A stretch of 64,000 nucleotides of DNA from Dendrobates tinctorius (taxonomy: Eukaryota). Of this stretch, positions 26,701 to 39,438 are shown in pieces. A program made the translations under genes and the position numbers. The notes beneath the pieces were generated by a model that worked only from the letters and a program-made list of their open reading frames with translations, ran no database searches and was not told the DNA's origin. The stretch's first letter is position 1. The number at the start of each line of letters is the position of its first letter. Location of the stretch: NCBI RefSeq assembly GCF_039654945.1, contig NW_027361696.1, positions 14,446,001 to 14,510,000 of the forward strand, written 5' to 3'.

Positions 26701-26778
26701 ATATACAGGACAGGAGGAGCGGTACCGTGCAGTGTATATATACAGGACAGGAGGAGGGGTACTGTGCAGTCAGTATAT
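23766..26778. repeat. 37-bp minisatellite, same family as 1-6945 but in inverted orientation (also short remnants at 21980-22144 and 30001-30103)
   Basis: Unit TACAGGACAGGAGGAGTGGTACTGTGCAGTGTATATA is the reverse complement of the left array. Confidence 0.97.
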
Positions 26779-26779
26779 A

Positions 26780-28050
26780 CAGTGGGTACGGAAAGTCAGA
26801 TCCCTTTAAATTTTCCACTCTTTGTTTCACTGGAGCCATTTGGTAAATTCAAAAAAATGCATATTTTTTCTCATTAATGCACACTCTGCGCTCCATCTTT
26901 ACTGAAAAAAACCACAAATGTAGACATTTTTCAAATTTATTTAAAAAAAAAACCTAAAATATCACATGGTCATACAGTAAGTATTGAGACCCTATACTCA
27001 GTATTGAGTAGAAGCACCCTTTTGAGCTAGTACATTCATGAGTCTTCTTGGGAATGATGCAACAAGTTTTTCACACCTGGATTTGGGAATCCTCTACCAT
27101 TCTTCCTTGCAGATCCTCTCCAGTTCCATCAGTTTGGATGGTGAATGTTGGTGGACAGCCACTTTCAGGTCTCTCCAGAAATGCTCAATTGGGTTTAGGT
27201 CAGGGCTCTGGCTGGGCCAGTCAAGAATGGTCACAGACTTGTTCTGAAGACATTCCTTTCTTATTTTAGCTGTGTGCTTAGGGTCATTGTCTTGTTAGAA
27301 GGTGAACCTTCAGCCAAGTCTGAGGTCCAAAGCACTCTGGAAGAGGTTTTCATCCAGGATATCTCTGTATTTGGCCGCATTCATGTTTCCTTCAATTGCA
27401 ACCAGTTGTCCTGTCCCTGCAGCTGAAAAACACTCCATAGCATGATGCTGCCACCACCATGTTTCACTGTTGGGATTGTATTGGGCAGGTGATGAGCAGT
27501 GCCTGTTTTTCTCCACACATACCGCTTAGAATTATCACCAAAAAGTTCTATCTTCATCTCATCAGACCAGAGAATCTTATTTCTCATAGTCTGGGAGTCC
27601 TTCATGTGTTTTTTAGCAAACTCTATGCGGGCTTTCATGTCTTGCACTGAGGAGAGGCTTCCGTCGGGCCACTCTGCCATAAAGGCCCGACTGGTGGAGG
27701 GCTGCAGTGTTAGTTGACTTTGTGGAACTTTCTCCCATCTCCCTACTGCATCTCTGGAGCTCAGCCACAGTGATCTTGGGGTTCTTCTTTAACTCTCTCA
27801 CCAAGGCTCTTCTCCCACGATTGCTCAGTTTGGCTGGATGGCCAGGTCTAGGAAGACTTCTGGTGGTCCCAAACTTCTTCCATTTAAGGATTATGGAGGC
27901 CACTGTGCTCTTAGGAATCTTGAGTACTGCAGAAATTATTTTGTAACCTTGGCCAGATGTGTGCCTTGCCACAATTCTGTCTCTGAGCTCCTTGGCCAGT
28001 TCCTTTGACCTCATGATTCTCATTTGGTCTGACATGCACTGTGAGCTGTT
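26780..28050 (-). mobile_element. Tc1 element, transposase pseudogene, one end lost
   Basis: TA+CAGT terminus; ORFs with MRSKELAKELRDRIV..GRVARRKPLL, WSDEMKIELFG and KHGGGSIM, frameshifted. Confidence 0.92.
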
Positions 28051-28053
28051 ATA

Positions 28054-28593
28054 CAGTCATATGTTAAAGTTTGGGCACCCCTATTAATGTTAACCTTTTT
28101 TCTTTATAACAATTTTGGTTTTTGCAACAGCTATTTCAGTTTCATATATCTAATAACTGATGGACTCAGTTATATTTCTGGATTCAAATGAGGTTTATTG
28201 TACTAACAGAAAATGTGCACTCTGCATTTAAACAAAATTTGACCGGTGCAAAAGTATGGGCACCCTTATCATTTTCTTGATTTGAACACTCCTAACTACT
28301 TTTTACTGACTTCCTGAAGCACTAAATTGGTTCTGTAACCTCATTGAGCTTTGAACTTCATAGCCAGGTGTATCAAATCATGAGAAAAGGTATTTAAGGT
28401 GGCCACTTGCAAGTAGTTCTCCTATTTGATTCTCCTATGAAGAGTGGCATCATGGGCTCCTCAAAACAACTCTCAAATGATCTGAAAACAAAGATTATTC
28501 AACATAGCTTTTCAGGGGAAGGATACAAAAAGTTGTCTCAGAGATTTAACCTGTCAGTTTCCACTGTGGGGAACATAGTAAGGAAATGGAAGA
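28054..28593 (+). mobile_element. 5' part of another Tc1 element
   Basis: TA+CAGTCAT..TTTGGGCACCC terminus; MGSSKQLSNDLKTKII..GEGYKKLSQRF..STVGNIVRKWK. Confidence 0.85.
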
Positions 28594-28945
28594 ACCAGCG
28601 ATATGACGCCGTTAGGATCGCTGGTACATCGTTAAGTGGTCGCTAGTGAGCTGCCACACAGGCAGATCTCACCAGCGACATCGCTGGGGACCGGGGTCGC
28701 TACTTATGTCACACTAAGCGATCCTGCGTCCTCCCGCCCGGCTCCACGTGTCGCTCGTCTCTCCACAGGAAGCGCCGCAGGAAGCTGACGGCGAGAAACA
28801 GTCCAGGACGTTCTCGCGCGATCAGCGATAACCAGCGGGTCGTTGGTAAGTATCAGACACAGCGATATCGCTAGCAATATCGCTATAACGTCACAAGTTA
28901 TAGCAATATTGCTAGCGATATCGCTTAGTGTGACAGTACCTTAAG
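28594..28945. mobile_element. Truncated palindromic Harbinger-like MITE
   Basis: AGCGATATCGCT palindromes; right end GTGTGACAGTACCT+TAA; similar to the element at 36537. Confidence 0.55.
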
Positions 28946-29138
28946 AGGAGCAGCAGCAGCCGGGGAGTCCACCAGCAGGAGGTCAGGAGCAAACAGCAAC
29001 CAAATGCTCAGGCAAAGAGCACACGACCTGGACTTAAATAATCAGGACTGGAAGTTCCATGGCAGGGCGAGATACAAGACTCCATCTTGGATAAGGGCAA
29101 ACAGGCACAAAGGAAAGTCCAGAATCCTTACAGGACCT

Positions 29139-29955
29139 GTAGTTCCACGAGCCTTGTTTGTGTTTATAAAGGGGGGCTTTTCAGGGTTAGCCAGAGAGCT
29201 GGGCGGGATTGGCTAATCACACACACCTCCCACCTACGGGGGTGGTTTTCAGCTACATAATGTGACTATAGTTTGGTCACATGATCTGTATTGTAAGGTC
29301 CTGACAGGTCTCATCGTTGGAAGGTCCTGCGAGTGGACCAGATTTCTGAAGAGCCCAGTGTGAGACCAGGTACCTGCAAAGCCTGCGACGGCTAACTGTG
29401 TTGGGGAAGCTACCGTCCTTCTAAGGGTCTGGAACTGTTAGGTTGGGACCTTGCTGAGCAAGTCATCATACGGGACAATGATCCTAGTAAGGCAGCTTTC
29501 CCCGGGAACCTAGGACTGACAAGGAGTCAGCATATGGAACGGAACTCCTGGAAGGATCCCCAGTGTATGGGGGACTGTGTGAACTGACGAGAGTCAGTTA
29601 ATGAACTGTGCGATCACCCAAGGTAACTGGACGAAGTGAGGTCAAGCGAGTTTAGAGACTGCATTCTAATGTTGTGTGCCATGGAGTAAAACTGTGAAAG
29701 AGACATTGTCACGGCGTTCTGTTGCCCACGGTAACTGAACAAAGAAGTCCGGCGTGTTTAATGTCTGCGAGTTAAAGTCGTGTACTATGAAGTGCTTTAG
29801 ACTATGTGGTAGGTCTGTGATGTGTAACATGGCCTACAAAGGTTTATGAGTGTATAATAAACCACATGGACGGTGAGTGGGAAAAAATGTTCCTATGTGC
29901 CTTAATCCCGTTGCCAAGCGAGTGTCCCCAACACCTTCAGTAAGCGCTAGCTAAC
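29139..29955 (+). mobile_element. Probable solo LTR
   Basis: TG...CA ends, AATAAA near 29856, no ORF; no clear TSD. Confidence 0.35.
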
Positions 29956-29957
29956 AA

Positions 29958-29993
<36 letters not shown>

Positions 29994-30103
29994 AAACATA
30001 CAGGAGGAATGGTAACATGCAGTGCATACATACAGGACAGAGGGATCTTACTGTGCAGTGTATATATACAAGAAAGCAGCGGTGGTACTGTGCAGTGTAT
30101 ATA

Positions 30104-31390
30104 CAGTTGTGCTCAAAAGTTTACATACCACAGCAGAATTTTTGCTTTCTTGGCCTTTTTTAAAAAATTTTTTTAGAGAACATGAATGAGAACCCAAACT
30201 TTTTCTCCACTCATGGTTAGTGGTTGGGTGAAGCTATTTATTGTCAATCTACTGTGTTTTCTTTTTTTTAAATCATAATGACAACCCAAAACATCCAAAT
30301 GACCCTGATCAAAAGTTCACAGACCCTGGTGATTTGGGCCTGATAACATGCACAGAAGTTGACACAAAGTGTGACACAGTGTGTGCATAAAAGCTGAGCG
30401 AGTTTCTGGGATCCAGACAGACTCTTGCATCGTTCATCCAGCCACTGAAGTTTCTGGATTGTGAGTCATGGGGAAAGCAAAAGAATTGTCAACGGATCTA
30501 CAGGAAAAGGTAGTGTAACTATATAAAACAGGAAAGGGATACAAAAAGATATCCAAGGAATTGATAATGCCAGTCACCAGCGTTCAAAACAAAACCACGG
30601 TCTGGTAAACCAACAAAATTGTTGTACACGACTGCCAGGAAAATTGTTCGGGATGCAGAGAAAAACCCACAAATAACATCAGCTGAAATACTGGACTCTC
30701 TGAAAACTAGCGGTGTGGCTGTTTCAAGATGCACAATAAGGAAGCACTTGAAGAAAAATGGGTTGCATGGTTGAGTTCACAGAAAAAGCCATTACTGCAC
30801 AAATTCCACAAAGTATCTCACATGCAATATGCAAAACAGCACAGAGACAAGCTTCAAAACTTCTAGAACATTTAATTTGATGGCACCAAAATTGAACTTT
30901 TGGCCACAACCATAAATGTTACATTTGGCGAGAAGTTAACAAGGCCTATGATGAAAGGAGGAACTCCATTCCTACTGTAAAGCACGGAGGTGGATCGCTG
31001 GTGTTTTGGGGATGTGTGAGCTACAAAAGGCACAGGAAACTTGGTCAAAGTTGAAGTAAAGATGAAAGCAGCATGTTATTAGCGACTACTGCGCATGGGA
31101 CGTACTTGGCCTTGTGTTTTGGATCGTTGTCATGTTGGAATGTCCAAGTTGAACTGTCTTTAGCTACAGCAGAACAAAGTGAGGGTTCTGGAGTGGCCAT
31201 CTCAGTCTCAAGACCTCAATATCGTTGCGCCACTCTGGGGAGCTCTCAATCGCGCAGTTCATGCTAGACAGCCCAGAAATTTAAGGAATTGGACGCTTTT
31301 TGAGAAGAAGAGTGGGCAGCTTTACTATCTGAGAAAATAAAGAACCTCATCCACTACTACCACAAAAAACTTCAAGTTGTCCTTGATGGG
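30104..31390 (+). mobile_element. Degenerate Tc1 element
   Basis: TA+CAGTTGTGCTCAAAAGT terminus; ATG GGG AAA GCA AAA GAA at 30468; KHGGGS-like motif; many stops. Confidence 0.85.
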
Positions 31391-31406
31391 TAATGTGAAA
31401 ATTATA

Positions 31407-32113
31407 ATGACAAAAATCTTGGCACTCAATGTGTGAAATATTCAGATACCTTTTATTTTGTGCATCCAGACAGAAAGGGTTAAATGTTTTCGGTCCACTA
31501 TAGGACCTTCATAAGAACAATCTTGTTTACTGAAACAGATAAATCCTTTAAATGCTAGCCAAAGAGGACAAAGTAGAGAGTCTGGATAGCCTGTGAATGT
31601 GTTAAGAAGCTGGCGTCTGGGAAGCGTATATGGACAGAACCATCCAAATTTAGAACAGGCAGCTGTGCACCGTATGGCTTCAGAGAAGAGACCTCCAGGG
31701 TCACTGGTATAGGGAGTGGAGACAGCGCTGACAGCAGTGGGTATATAACCTCTGGAGTAGTATAGCGCAAGTGACGCCCTGGTCTATGGTCTGGCTGCCC
31801 ATTTGGAAGACGCCATATACGCTTCCCAGACGCCAGCTTCTTAACACATTCACAGGCTATCCAGACTCTCTACTTTGTCCTCTTTGGCTAGCATTTAAAG
31901 GATTTATCTGTTTCAGTAAACAAGATTGTTCTGATGAAGGTCCTATAGTGGACCGAAAACGTTTAGCCCTTTCTGTCTGGATGCACAAAATAAAAAGTAT
32001 CTGAATATTTCACACATTGATTGCCAAGATTTTTGTCATTTTGATTCGATGTGTTGGACACCCGACTTGAGCACCAATAACCGAGCTATTCCTGAGTGCC
32101 GTGCTCTCTCTAC
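31407..32113 (+). mobile_element. Penelope-like element remnant (inverted pseudo-LTR arrangement)
   Basis: ~227-bp inverted arms (31407-31633 / 31813-32040), 15-bp flanking direct repeat AATGTGAAAATTATA, hammerhead core. Confidence 0.7.
31926..31968 (+). ncRNA. Minimal hammerhead ribozyme-like motif
   Basis: CTGATGA-A-GGTCC(tatagt)GGACC-GAAA-ACGTT: both core boxes, a 5-bp stem II and a palindromic mini stem III; stem I is weak. Confidence 0.6.
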
Positions 32114-32693
32114 AATGTGAAAATTATACCTGAAACCAGATAAAAAGGGGAGAAGTTGCCTCAATCTTTGCATTATGTGTCTGTGTGCCACACTAAACTT
32201 GGAGAACAGAAAGAAGAGAGAACTGTCTGAGGACTTGAGAACCAAAATTGTTGAACAATGTCACCAATCCCAAAGTTACGATTCCATCTCCAGAGATCTT
32301 GATATTCGTTTGTTCACGGTGCACAACATAATCAAGAAGTTTACAACCCATGGCACAGTAGCCAAGCTCCCAGGATGTGAACGGCAGAGAATAATTCATG
32401 AAAAAGTTCCAACGTTGGTTATTCTGGATGGTGTATAAGCCCCAATCAAGAAATTCCAGCTGTCCTGCAGACTCAGGGTGCATCAGTGTCAGCGCAAACT
32501 ACCCGTTCACACGTGAATTAAATGAAACACTATAGCAGGAGACCCAGGAGGACCCCACTGCTGACACAGAAACAAAAAAGCTAGGATTCAGTTTGCCAAT
32601 ATGTACTTAAGTAAGCCCAAATCCTTCTGGTAAAGTGTCTTGTGGACAGGGGAGACCAAGATAGAGCTTTTTGGTAAAGCATATTATTCTACT

Positions 32694-35600
32694 GTACACA
32701 GTCACTGTAAACAATGTTTGTTTGTTTTCACTTTCACCCCTATAATCCTTCACTTTCTGCTAATTCCCCTAATCCCTACTCCTAGTAAGGAACTGTTCAT
32801 CTCTTCTTCAATCCTCCCTATCCACCTCACCTCCTCCTCAAAACTGTTCCTTAACATACAATCCTCTGTCTCCAAACACAGACAGCCCCCTCATGCCCTC
32901 TCCTGCTCCCACCTGCTAACACTTTCTCTGCTCCTTCTCACTGCTGGTGATATCTCTCCAAATCCTGGTCCTCCTCACCACATTCCTACAGTCATTTCTA
33001 CCTCCCATCCACGCTCTATCACAACCTTCCGTAACCACTCCAACCTTATACCCATTCACCCAGCCCCCGCTTCCCCAATCCCACTAACAGGAGCTCTGTG
33101 GAACGCTCGCTCTGTCTGCAACAAGCTTTCCTACATCCATGATCTTTTTGTTACTACCAAATTTTCCTTCCTCGCCATCACCGAAACCTGGCTCACCCCT
33201 TCTGACACAGCCTCTCCTGCTGCACTTTCATATGGTGGCTTCCACCTTTCTCACACCCCCCCACCCCAGCAGCAAACATGGCGGAGGAGTTGGTTTTCTC
33301 CTGTCAGATACCTGTTCCTTCCCCCCCCCCCCAATCCCACTGCCACCCTCTGTTAACCTCCCTTCCTTTGAGGTGCACTCTGTGTGCATCTACTCCCCCT
33401 CCAACTGGCTGTCATCTACTGCCCCCCAGGGCCAGCCACCACCTTCTTTGACCACTTCACCACCTGGCTACTTAATTTCCTTTCCGCGGACATCCCTACT
33501 ATCATCATGGGCGACTTCAACATCCCCATTGACACTTCCCTCTCAGCTTCCACTAAACTTCTCTCACTTCCTCCTTCGGCCTCACTCAATGGTCTTCTAC
33601 AGCCACCCACAAAGATGGCCACACATTGGACCTCATCTTCACACGCCTCTGCTCCCTATCTAACCTCTCTAACTCACCTCTTCCTCTCTCTGACCACAAC
33701 CTTCTCCCATTCTCTTCCCTCTCCACTCCATGTCTACAATCCCCACCCCACAAACTTTCCCACCCTCGCAGAAATCTTAAACACCTTGACCTACACTCAT
33801 TCTCTGAATCCCTCCTCCCTCTCACAGATAAGTTCCTTACACAATGCGGATGACGCTGCTGCTCTATATAACACCACAATAGCTGTAGCTTTGGAATCTG
33901 CTGCCCCACTTACACATACCAAAGCTTGCAAAATTAACAGACAGCCCTGGCACACCAGCCTGACCAAAGAACTGAGGCGAGCTTCCAGGGCTGCTGAGCG
34001 CAGATGGAAAAAATCCCACTCCAACGAGCACTTCATCGCATTCAAACAGTCCCTCACTACTTTCAAGACCACACTCGCCACAGCTAAACAAACCTACTTG
34101 TCATCTCTCATATCCTCCCTGTCTCACAACCCTAAACAGTTATTCAACACCTTCAATTCGCTCCTCCGTCCCCCAACGCCTCCTCCCTTCCCACTCATCT
34201 GAGCTGAAGACTTTGCCTCATTTTTCAAGCATAAGATTGATAACATCAGAGACAGTTTTGGTCAACAATCCCCAGAGCCCCTCCTCCCGACTTCCGAGCC
34301 CTCCACCTCCAAAACCAACTTCTCCACCATTACAGAAGATCGACTCTCCACTCTACTCTCAAGATCATATCTCACCACCTGTGCATTTGACCCGATCCCT
34401 TCCCACTTCATCCCAAACCTCACCACAGTCTTCATCCCAACCCTAACCCATCTCTTCAACCTATCACTAACAACTGTTTTCCCATCAAGCTTTAAACATG
34501 CCTCCATCACACCTATCCTCAAAAAGCCCTCTCTTGACCCATCCTCTGTATCTAGCTATCGCCCTATATCACTTCTCCCCTATGCCTCCAAGCTACTGGA
34601 ACAACACGTCTATCTTGAACTGTCCTCCCATCTCTCTTCTTGCTCCCTCTTCGACCGCTTACAATCTGGCTTCCGGTCACACCACGCCACTGAAACTGCC
34701 CTTACTAAGGTCACCAATGACCTCTTAACCGCCAAGAGCAAGCAACGCTACTCTGTCCTCCTCCTCCTGGACCTGTCGGCTGCCTTTGACACAGTGGACC
34801 ATTCCCTATTATTAGACCCTCTCATCCCTTGGCATCACAGACTTGGCCCTATCCTGGATCTCATCATACCTAACAGACCGGACATTCAGCGTCTCCCACT
34901 CACACACCACCTCCTCACTTCACCCCCTATCTGTCGGAGTCCCACAAGGTTCAGTCCTAGGATCCCTGCTCTTCTCCATTTACACCTTTGGCCTGGGACA
35001 GCTCATAGAATCTCATGGCTTTCAGTATCATCTCTATGCTGATGACACACAGATCTACATCTGTGGACCAGATATCACCTCACTACTAACCAGAATCCCT
35101 CAATGTCTGTCCACTATTTCATCCTTCTTCGCCGCTAGATTTCTGAAAACTTAACATGGACAAAACAGAATTCATTATCTTTCCCCCATCTCACGTGACC
35201 CCCCCAACGAACCTATCCATTACAGTAAATGGCTGCCCACTCTCCCCAGTCCCACAAGCTCGCTGCCTCGGGGTAATCCTTGACGCTGATCTCTCCTTCA
35301 AACCACATATCCAAGCCCTTTCCACTTCCTGCCGACTTCAACTCAAAAATATTTCACAAATCCGTTCATTCCTCAACCAAAAATCTGCAAAAACCCTAGT
35401 CCATGCCCTCATAATCTCTCGCCTTGACTACTGCAACCTCCTGCTCTGTGGCCTCCCCTCGAACACTCTCGCACACCTCCAATCTATTCTAAACTCTGCT
35501 GCCCGACTAATCCACCTGTCCCCCCGCTATTCCCCAGCTTCTCCCCTCTGTCAATCCCTTCACTGGCTCCCCATTTCCCAGAGACTCCCGTACAAAACCC

Positions 35601-36104
35601 TAACCATGACATACAAAGCCATCCACAACCTGTCTCCTCCATACACCTGTGACCTCGTCTCCCGGTACTTTCCTGCACGCAACCTCCAATCCTCACAAGA
35701 TCTCCTTCCCTACTCCCCTCTTATCTCCTCTTCCCACAATCGCATACAAGATTTCTCTAGCGCATCACCCCTACTCTGGAACTCTCTACCACAACATATC
35801 AGACTCTCACATCCTACCATCAAAACCTTCAAAAAGAGCCTGAAGACCCACCTCTTCCGACAAGCCTATAACCTGCAGTAACCACCGATCGACCAAACCG
35901 CTGCACGACCAGCTCCACCCTCGCCTACTGTATTATCACCCATCCCTTGTAGATTGTGAGCCCTCGCGGGCAGGGTCCTCTCTCCTCCTGTACCAGTTAT
36001 GACTTGTATTGTTTAACATTATTGTACTTGTTTTTATTATGTATACCCCTCCTTACATGTAAAGCGCCATGGAATAAATGGCGCTATAACAATAAATAAT
36101 AATA
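32694..36104 (+). mobile_element. L2 LINE with near-complete, frameshifted ORF2 (2A-like peptide, APE, RT)
   Basis: GDISPNPGP; WNARS, ITETWL and MGDFN (APE); GVPQGSVLG and YADDTQIY (RT); LVHALIISRLDYCN; (AAT)n tail; TSD ATTCTACT (32686-32693 and 36105-36112). Confidence 0.95.
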
Positions 36105-36536
36105 ATTCTACTCTTCACTGAAAATAAAAAGTCCCACAAAGAAAAGAACGCAGTACCTACAGTCAGACAGAGGGTCACAGATGTTTTAGGGTTATTTTTC
36201 TGCCTCTGGGTGCCTTGATTGTGTGCAAGGCATCATGAAATCTGAAGATTACCAAAGGATTTTGGGTGGCAATGTAGTTCCCAATGTCAGAAAGCTGGGT
36301 GTGTGTTCTAGGTTATTAGTCTTCCAGCAGGACGATGACCCCAAAATTACTTCAAGAATCCCCCAGAAACGTATGGAAACAAAGCGCTGGAGCGTTCTGA
36401 AGTGATAGCAATAAGTCCAGATCTAAATCCCATGGATCACCTGTGGAGAAATATTAAAAATTACTGCTGGAAGAAGGTGATATGAGATCAGGAGACGATT
36501 GTAAGAGTCACCCAAAATCCCAGCTGAGAGGAGTAA

Positions 36537-36946
36537 AGGCCCCGTCACACACAGCGAGATTGCCAGCGAGATCACTGATTTTGTGACGCCACAGCGATCT
36601 CGCTGTGTGACCCCCCCTGCCGGGTATCGCTGATCGCGATCAAACATCCTGGGTCATTTTTTGATCATTGGTCTCCCGCTGGCCAGCGCGCATCGTTGCG
36701 TGTGACAGCGACAGACCAACGATCAGCGACGCTGGGAGCTGGTTTCCAATGTAAACGGGGTATCTAAGAGCAGCGCAGCTCTTAGATACCCGCTGTTTAC
36801 CTTGGATACCAGCTTGCTCGCTGGTCCTGATCGCTGGTGGGTCTGTCTATGTGACAGCTCACCAGCGATCAGCTATGTCCCAGCGATCCCATCCACGTCG
36901 GATCGTTGGTGTGATCGCTGGGACCTTGAAGCATGTAATGGGGCCT
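36537..36946. mobile_element. PIF/Harbinger-like MITE
   Basis: TAA TSD; TIR AGGCCCC / GGGGCCT; AGCGAT/ATCGCT palindromic interior. Confidence 0.75.
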
Positions 36947-37699
36947 TAAGAATCCTGTGGATGGTTTTAGGAAGCAATTGATTGTAATTACTGTATTTAT
37001 TCAAAATGGTGCAGCCAAATATTAAGGAGGGTGTCAGCAAATTTGTCAAACCCATTTTTGGGGGTTTGTGTGAAATTACAATTTGACTATTCATCTCAGT
37101 TTTTTGTGTGGTTCCAATATACACAAAAGATGGGGAATTGTGATAATGTTCTCGGAGAAATACTTCCTTTTCTGGAACCATTTTAAGGGTGCCAACACTT
37201 TTCTCCATGACTGTACATATGTAGGTCAGTAAGATCACTATGTGGATCACATTCCGGCTGGTCCTCTCAGCTGATAGAAATGTCATCTTTCCGCTTATAT
37301 AATTAGATGTTGTTCCTTCTGATACAGAAGTTTCCAGCTTTGAGTCACCCCTGTAATGGCAGAGTCACCCGCCCACGGTGGGTCCTGTGTACATAGATGC
37401 TATATCCTCCATTGTTCTCCACAGATAATCATCTGTTTACATGAAAACACAGCAGCACAGAGTATTTCTAGAGACAGGGAGCTAATGCAGCGATGATTAT
37501 TTGTAGATGATTGAGGCAGTGTCCCCACCTCCATGTGTCTACATACCAGTCAAACACAGAATGTAGGTCACAGGAACGGTTAATGACGTGTCAGTCACAG
37601 GAACCCCAGCCTCGACTCTGCCAGAGATCGGGGGGCGACTGTAGTTCTGAATAAAATGCTAAAACTACAGTGAAGACTGAGATAAAGCAGTCAGAGAAG

Positions 37700-38965
37700 G
37701 ATCAGGTGAGGTCCATTCATAGGGCGAGAGCAAAGAGAGCAGAAAACTGAGCGTCCCCGTGAGCGGGCAGAGACATGGAGAGATCGGGGTGGGGGAGCGC
37801 GCAGAATACTGTTGGTCCCTCCGAGCTGCTGGAGACATATGGAGGGCCGTGAAGAATACTGAGAGTCCCTCTGAGCTAGTGGAGGGCTGGGGGGAGGGGG
37901 AATTGCCAGCAGATGCAGAATATTGGGGGTCCCTCTGAGCTGGTGGAGACATATGGAGGGTTGTGCCAAATACTGGGGGTCCATCTGTTCTAATGAAGAC
38001 ATATGGAGGGCTGTGCCGAATACTGCGTCCCTCTGAGCCAGTGGAGGGCTCAAGGGAAAAGGGGGGATTGCCAGCAGATGCAGAATATTGGGGGTCCCTC
38101 TGAGCTGATGGAGACATATGGAGGGTCGAGCAAAAAGAGAGCAGAAAACTGAGGGTCTCCGTGAGCTGGCGGAGACATGGAGAAATCGGGGCGGGGGAGC
38201 GCGAAGAATACTGTTGGGTCCCTCCGAGATGCTGGAGACATATGGAGGGCCGTGACGAATACTGAGAGTCCCTCTGAGCTAGTGGAGGGCTCAGGGGGGG
38301 GGGGGAATTGCCAGCAGATGTAGAATATTGGGGGTCCCTCTGAGCTGATGGAGACATATGGAGGGTCGTGCTGAATACTGGGGTCCCTCTGAGCTGGTGG
38401 AGACATATGGAGGGCTGTGCAGGATACTGGGGGTCTCTCTGAGCTGATGGAGACATATGGAGGGTTGTGCTGAATACTGTGTGTCCCTCTGAGCTGTTGG
38501 AGACATATGGAGGGCTGTGCAGGATGCTGGGGGTCCCTCTGAGCTAGTGGAGGGCTCAAGGGGGGGGGGGGGATTGCCAGCAGATGCAGAATATTGGGGG
38601 TCCCTCTGAGCTGATGGTGACATATGGAGGGCCGTGCAGAACACTGGGGGTCTTCTGAGCTGGTAAGAGAGTCAGAGGGGTTGGGTGCAGAATACTGATG
38701 AACCCTCTGGGCTGATGGAGACATATGTAGGGTCATGCCAAATACTGGATGTCCTTCTGAGCTGTTGGAGACATATGGAGGGCTGTGGAGGATACTGAGG
38801 TTCCCTCTGAGCTGATGGAGACATGTGGGGCCATCCAGAATGGCTGGGGGTCCCTCTGAGCTGGTGGAGACATATGGAGGGCCGTGCCGTATATTAGGAG
38901 TCCCTCTGAGCTGGTTGAGGCATATGGAGGGCTGCGCAGAATACAGGGGGTCCCGCTGAGCTGAC
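37700..38965. repeat. Degenerate ~50-bp composite tandem repeat just 3' of the CPLANE2 stop codon
   Basis: Recurrent GGGGTCCCTCTGAGCTG..GGAGACATATGGAGGG..GAATACT motifs. Confidence 0.85.
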
Positions 38966-39073
38966 GAAGGGCCCAAATGTCATGTAACAATCAGGATTTA
39001 TGACGGGTGAATGAAGCAAACATGGAGGCGCAGAGCCGCAGCAGAGATATTTCCCAGACAATCTATTACATTA

Positions 39074-39341
39074 TCAGTCACATCCTCCATGGCCGCCTTC
39101 TCTACCGCCGGCCGCTATACTGCGATCCCTGATGTCGACCAGTCCTGCCGTCACCTGGTCTCTGCACCAAAGGACCTCAGCCAACCCGTCGAGCACCGGA
39201 GCAGCGTCTGCCAGTTCTGCCCACCCATCACCAGCCCGAGGACCACGGATGCTTCGTACCCGCATGACCGGCAGCTGCCACGTCTGCTGGAAGTCTCGGA
39301 TGTCCTGCTCGGTCACGTCCGTGTGCATGAACTGGTCCAGT
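39074..39341 (-). CDS. CPLANE2: CPLANE2 (RSG1) exon 5, with stop
   Basis: (K)LDQFMHTDVTEQDIRDFQQTWQLPVMRVRSI..LDGLAEVLWCRDQVTAGL; TGA at 39074-39076. Confidence 0.93.
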
Positions 39342-39438
39342 CTGGGAGGCGGAGGGTTAAGGAATAAATATCTGCTCCTGGGTGTGATGAATTGTGCACG
39401 GCTCGCTCCTCGCTCGATGCGGCTATGTCGAAGGATAC
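39342..39438 (-). other. CPLANE2: U12-type (minor spliceosome) GT-AG intron, 97 bp
   Basis: 5' splice site GTATCCTT; branch site TTCCTTAAC (39364-39356) close to the acceptor AG. Confidence 0.9.

Larger units (their letters stand above)
32130..37213 (+). mobile_element. Degenerate Tc1 element hosting an L2 and a MITE (Tc1 pieces 32130-32693, 36105-36536, 36947-37213)
   Basis: RELSEDLRTKIV..IIKKFTTHG; WTGETKIELFG; GIMKSEDYQRIL..FQQDDDPK; right end CATGACTG+TA. Confidence 0.85.

Noticed and set aside
37665-38990. ORFs of 260-310 aa downstream of CPLANE2
   Set aside because: Products of a degenerate ~50-bp repeat; CPLANE2 is already complete at 39074.
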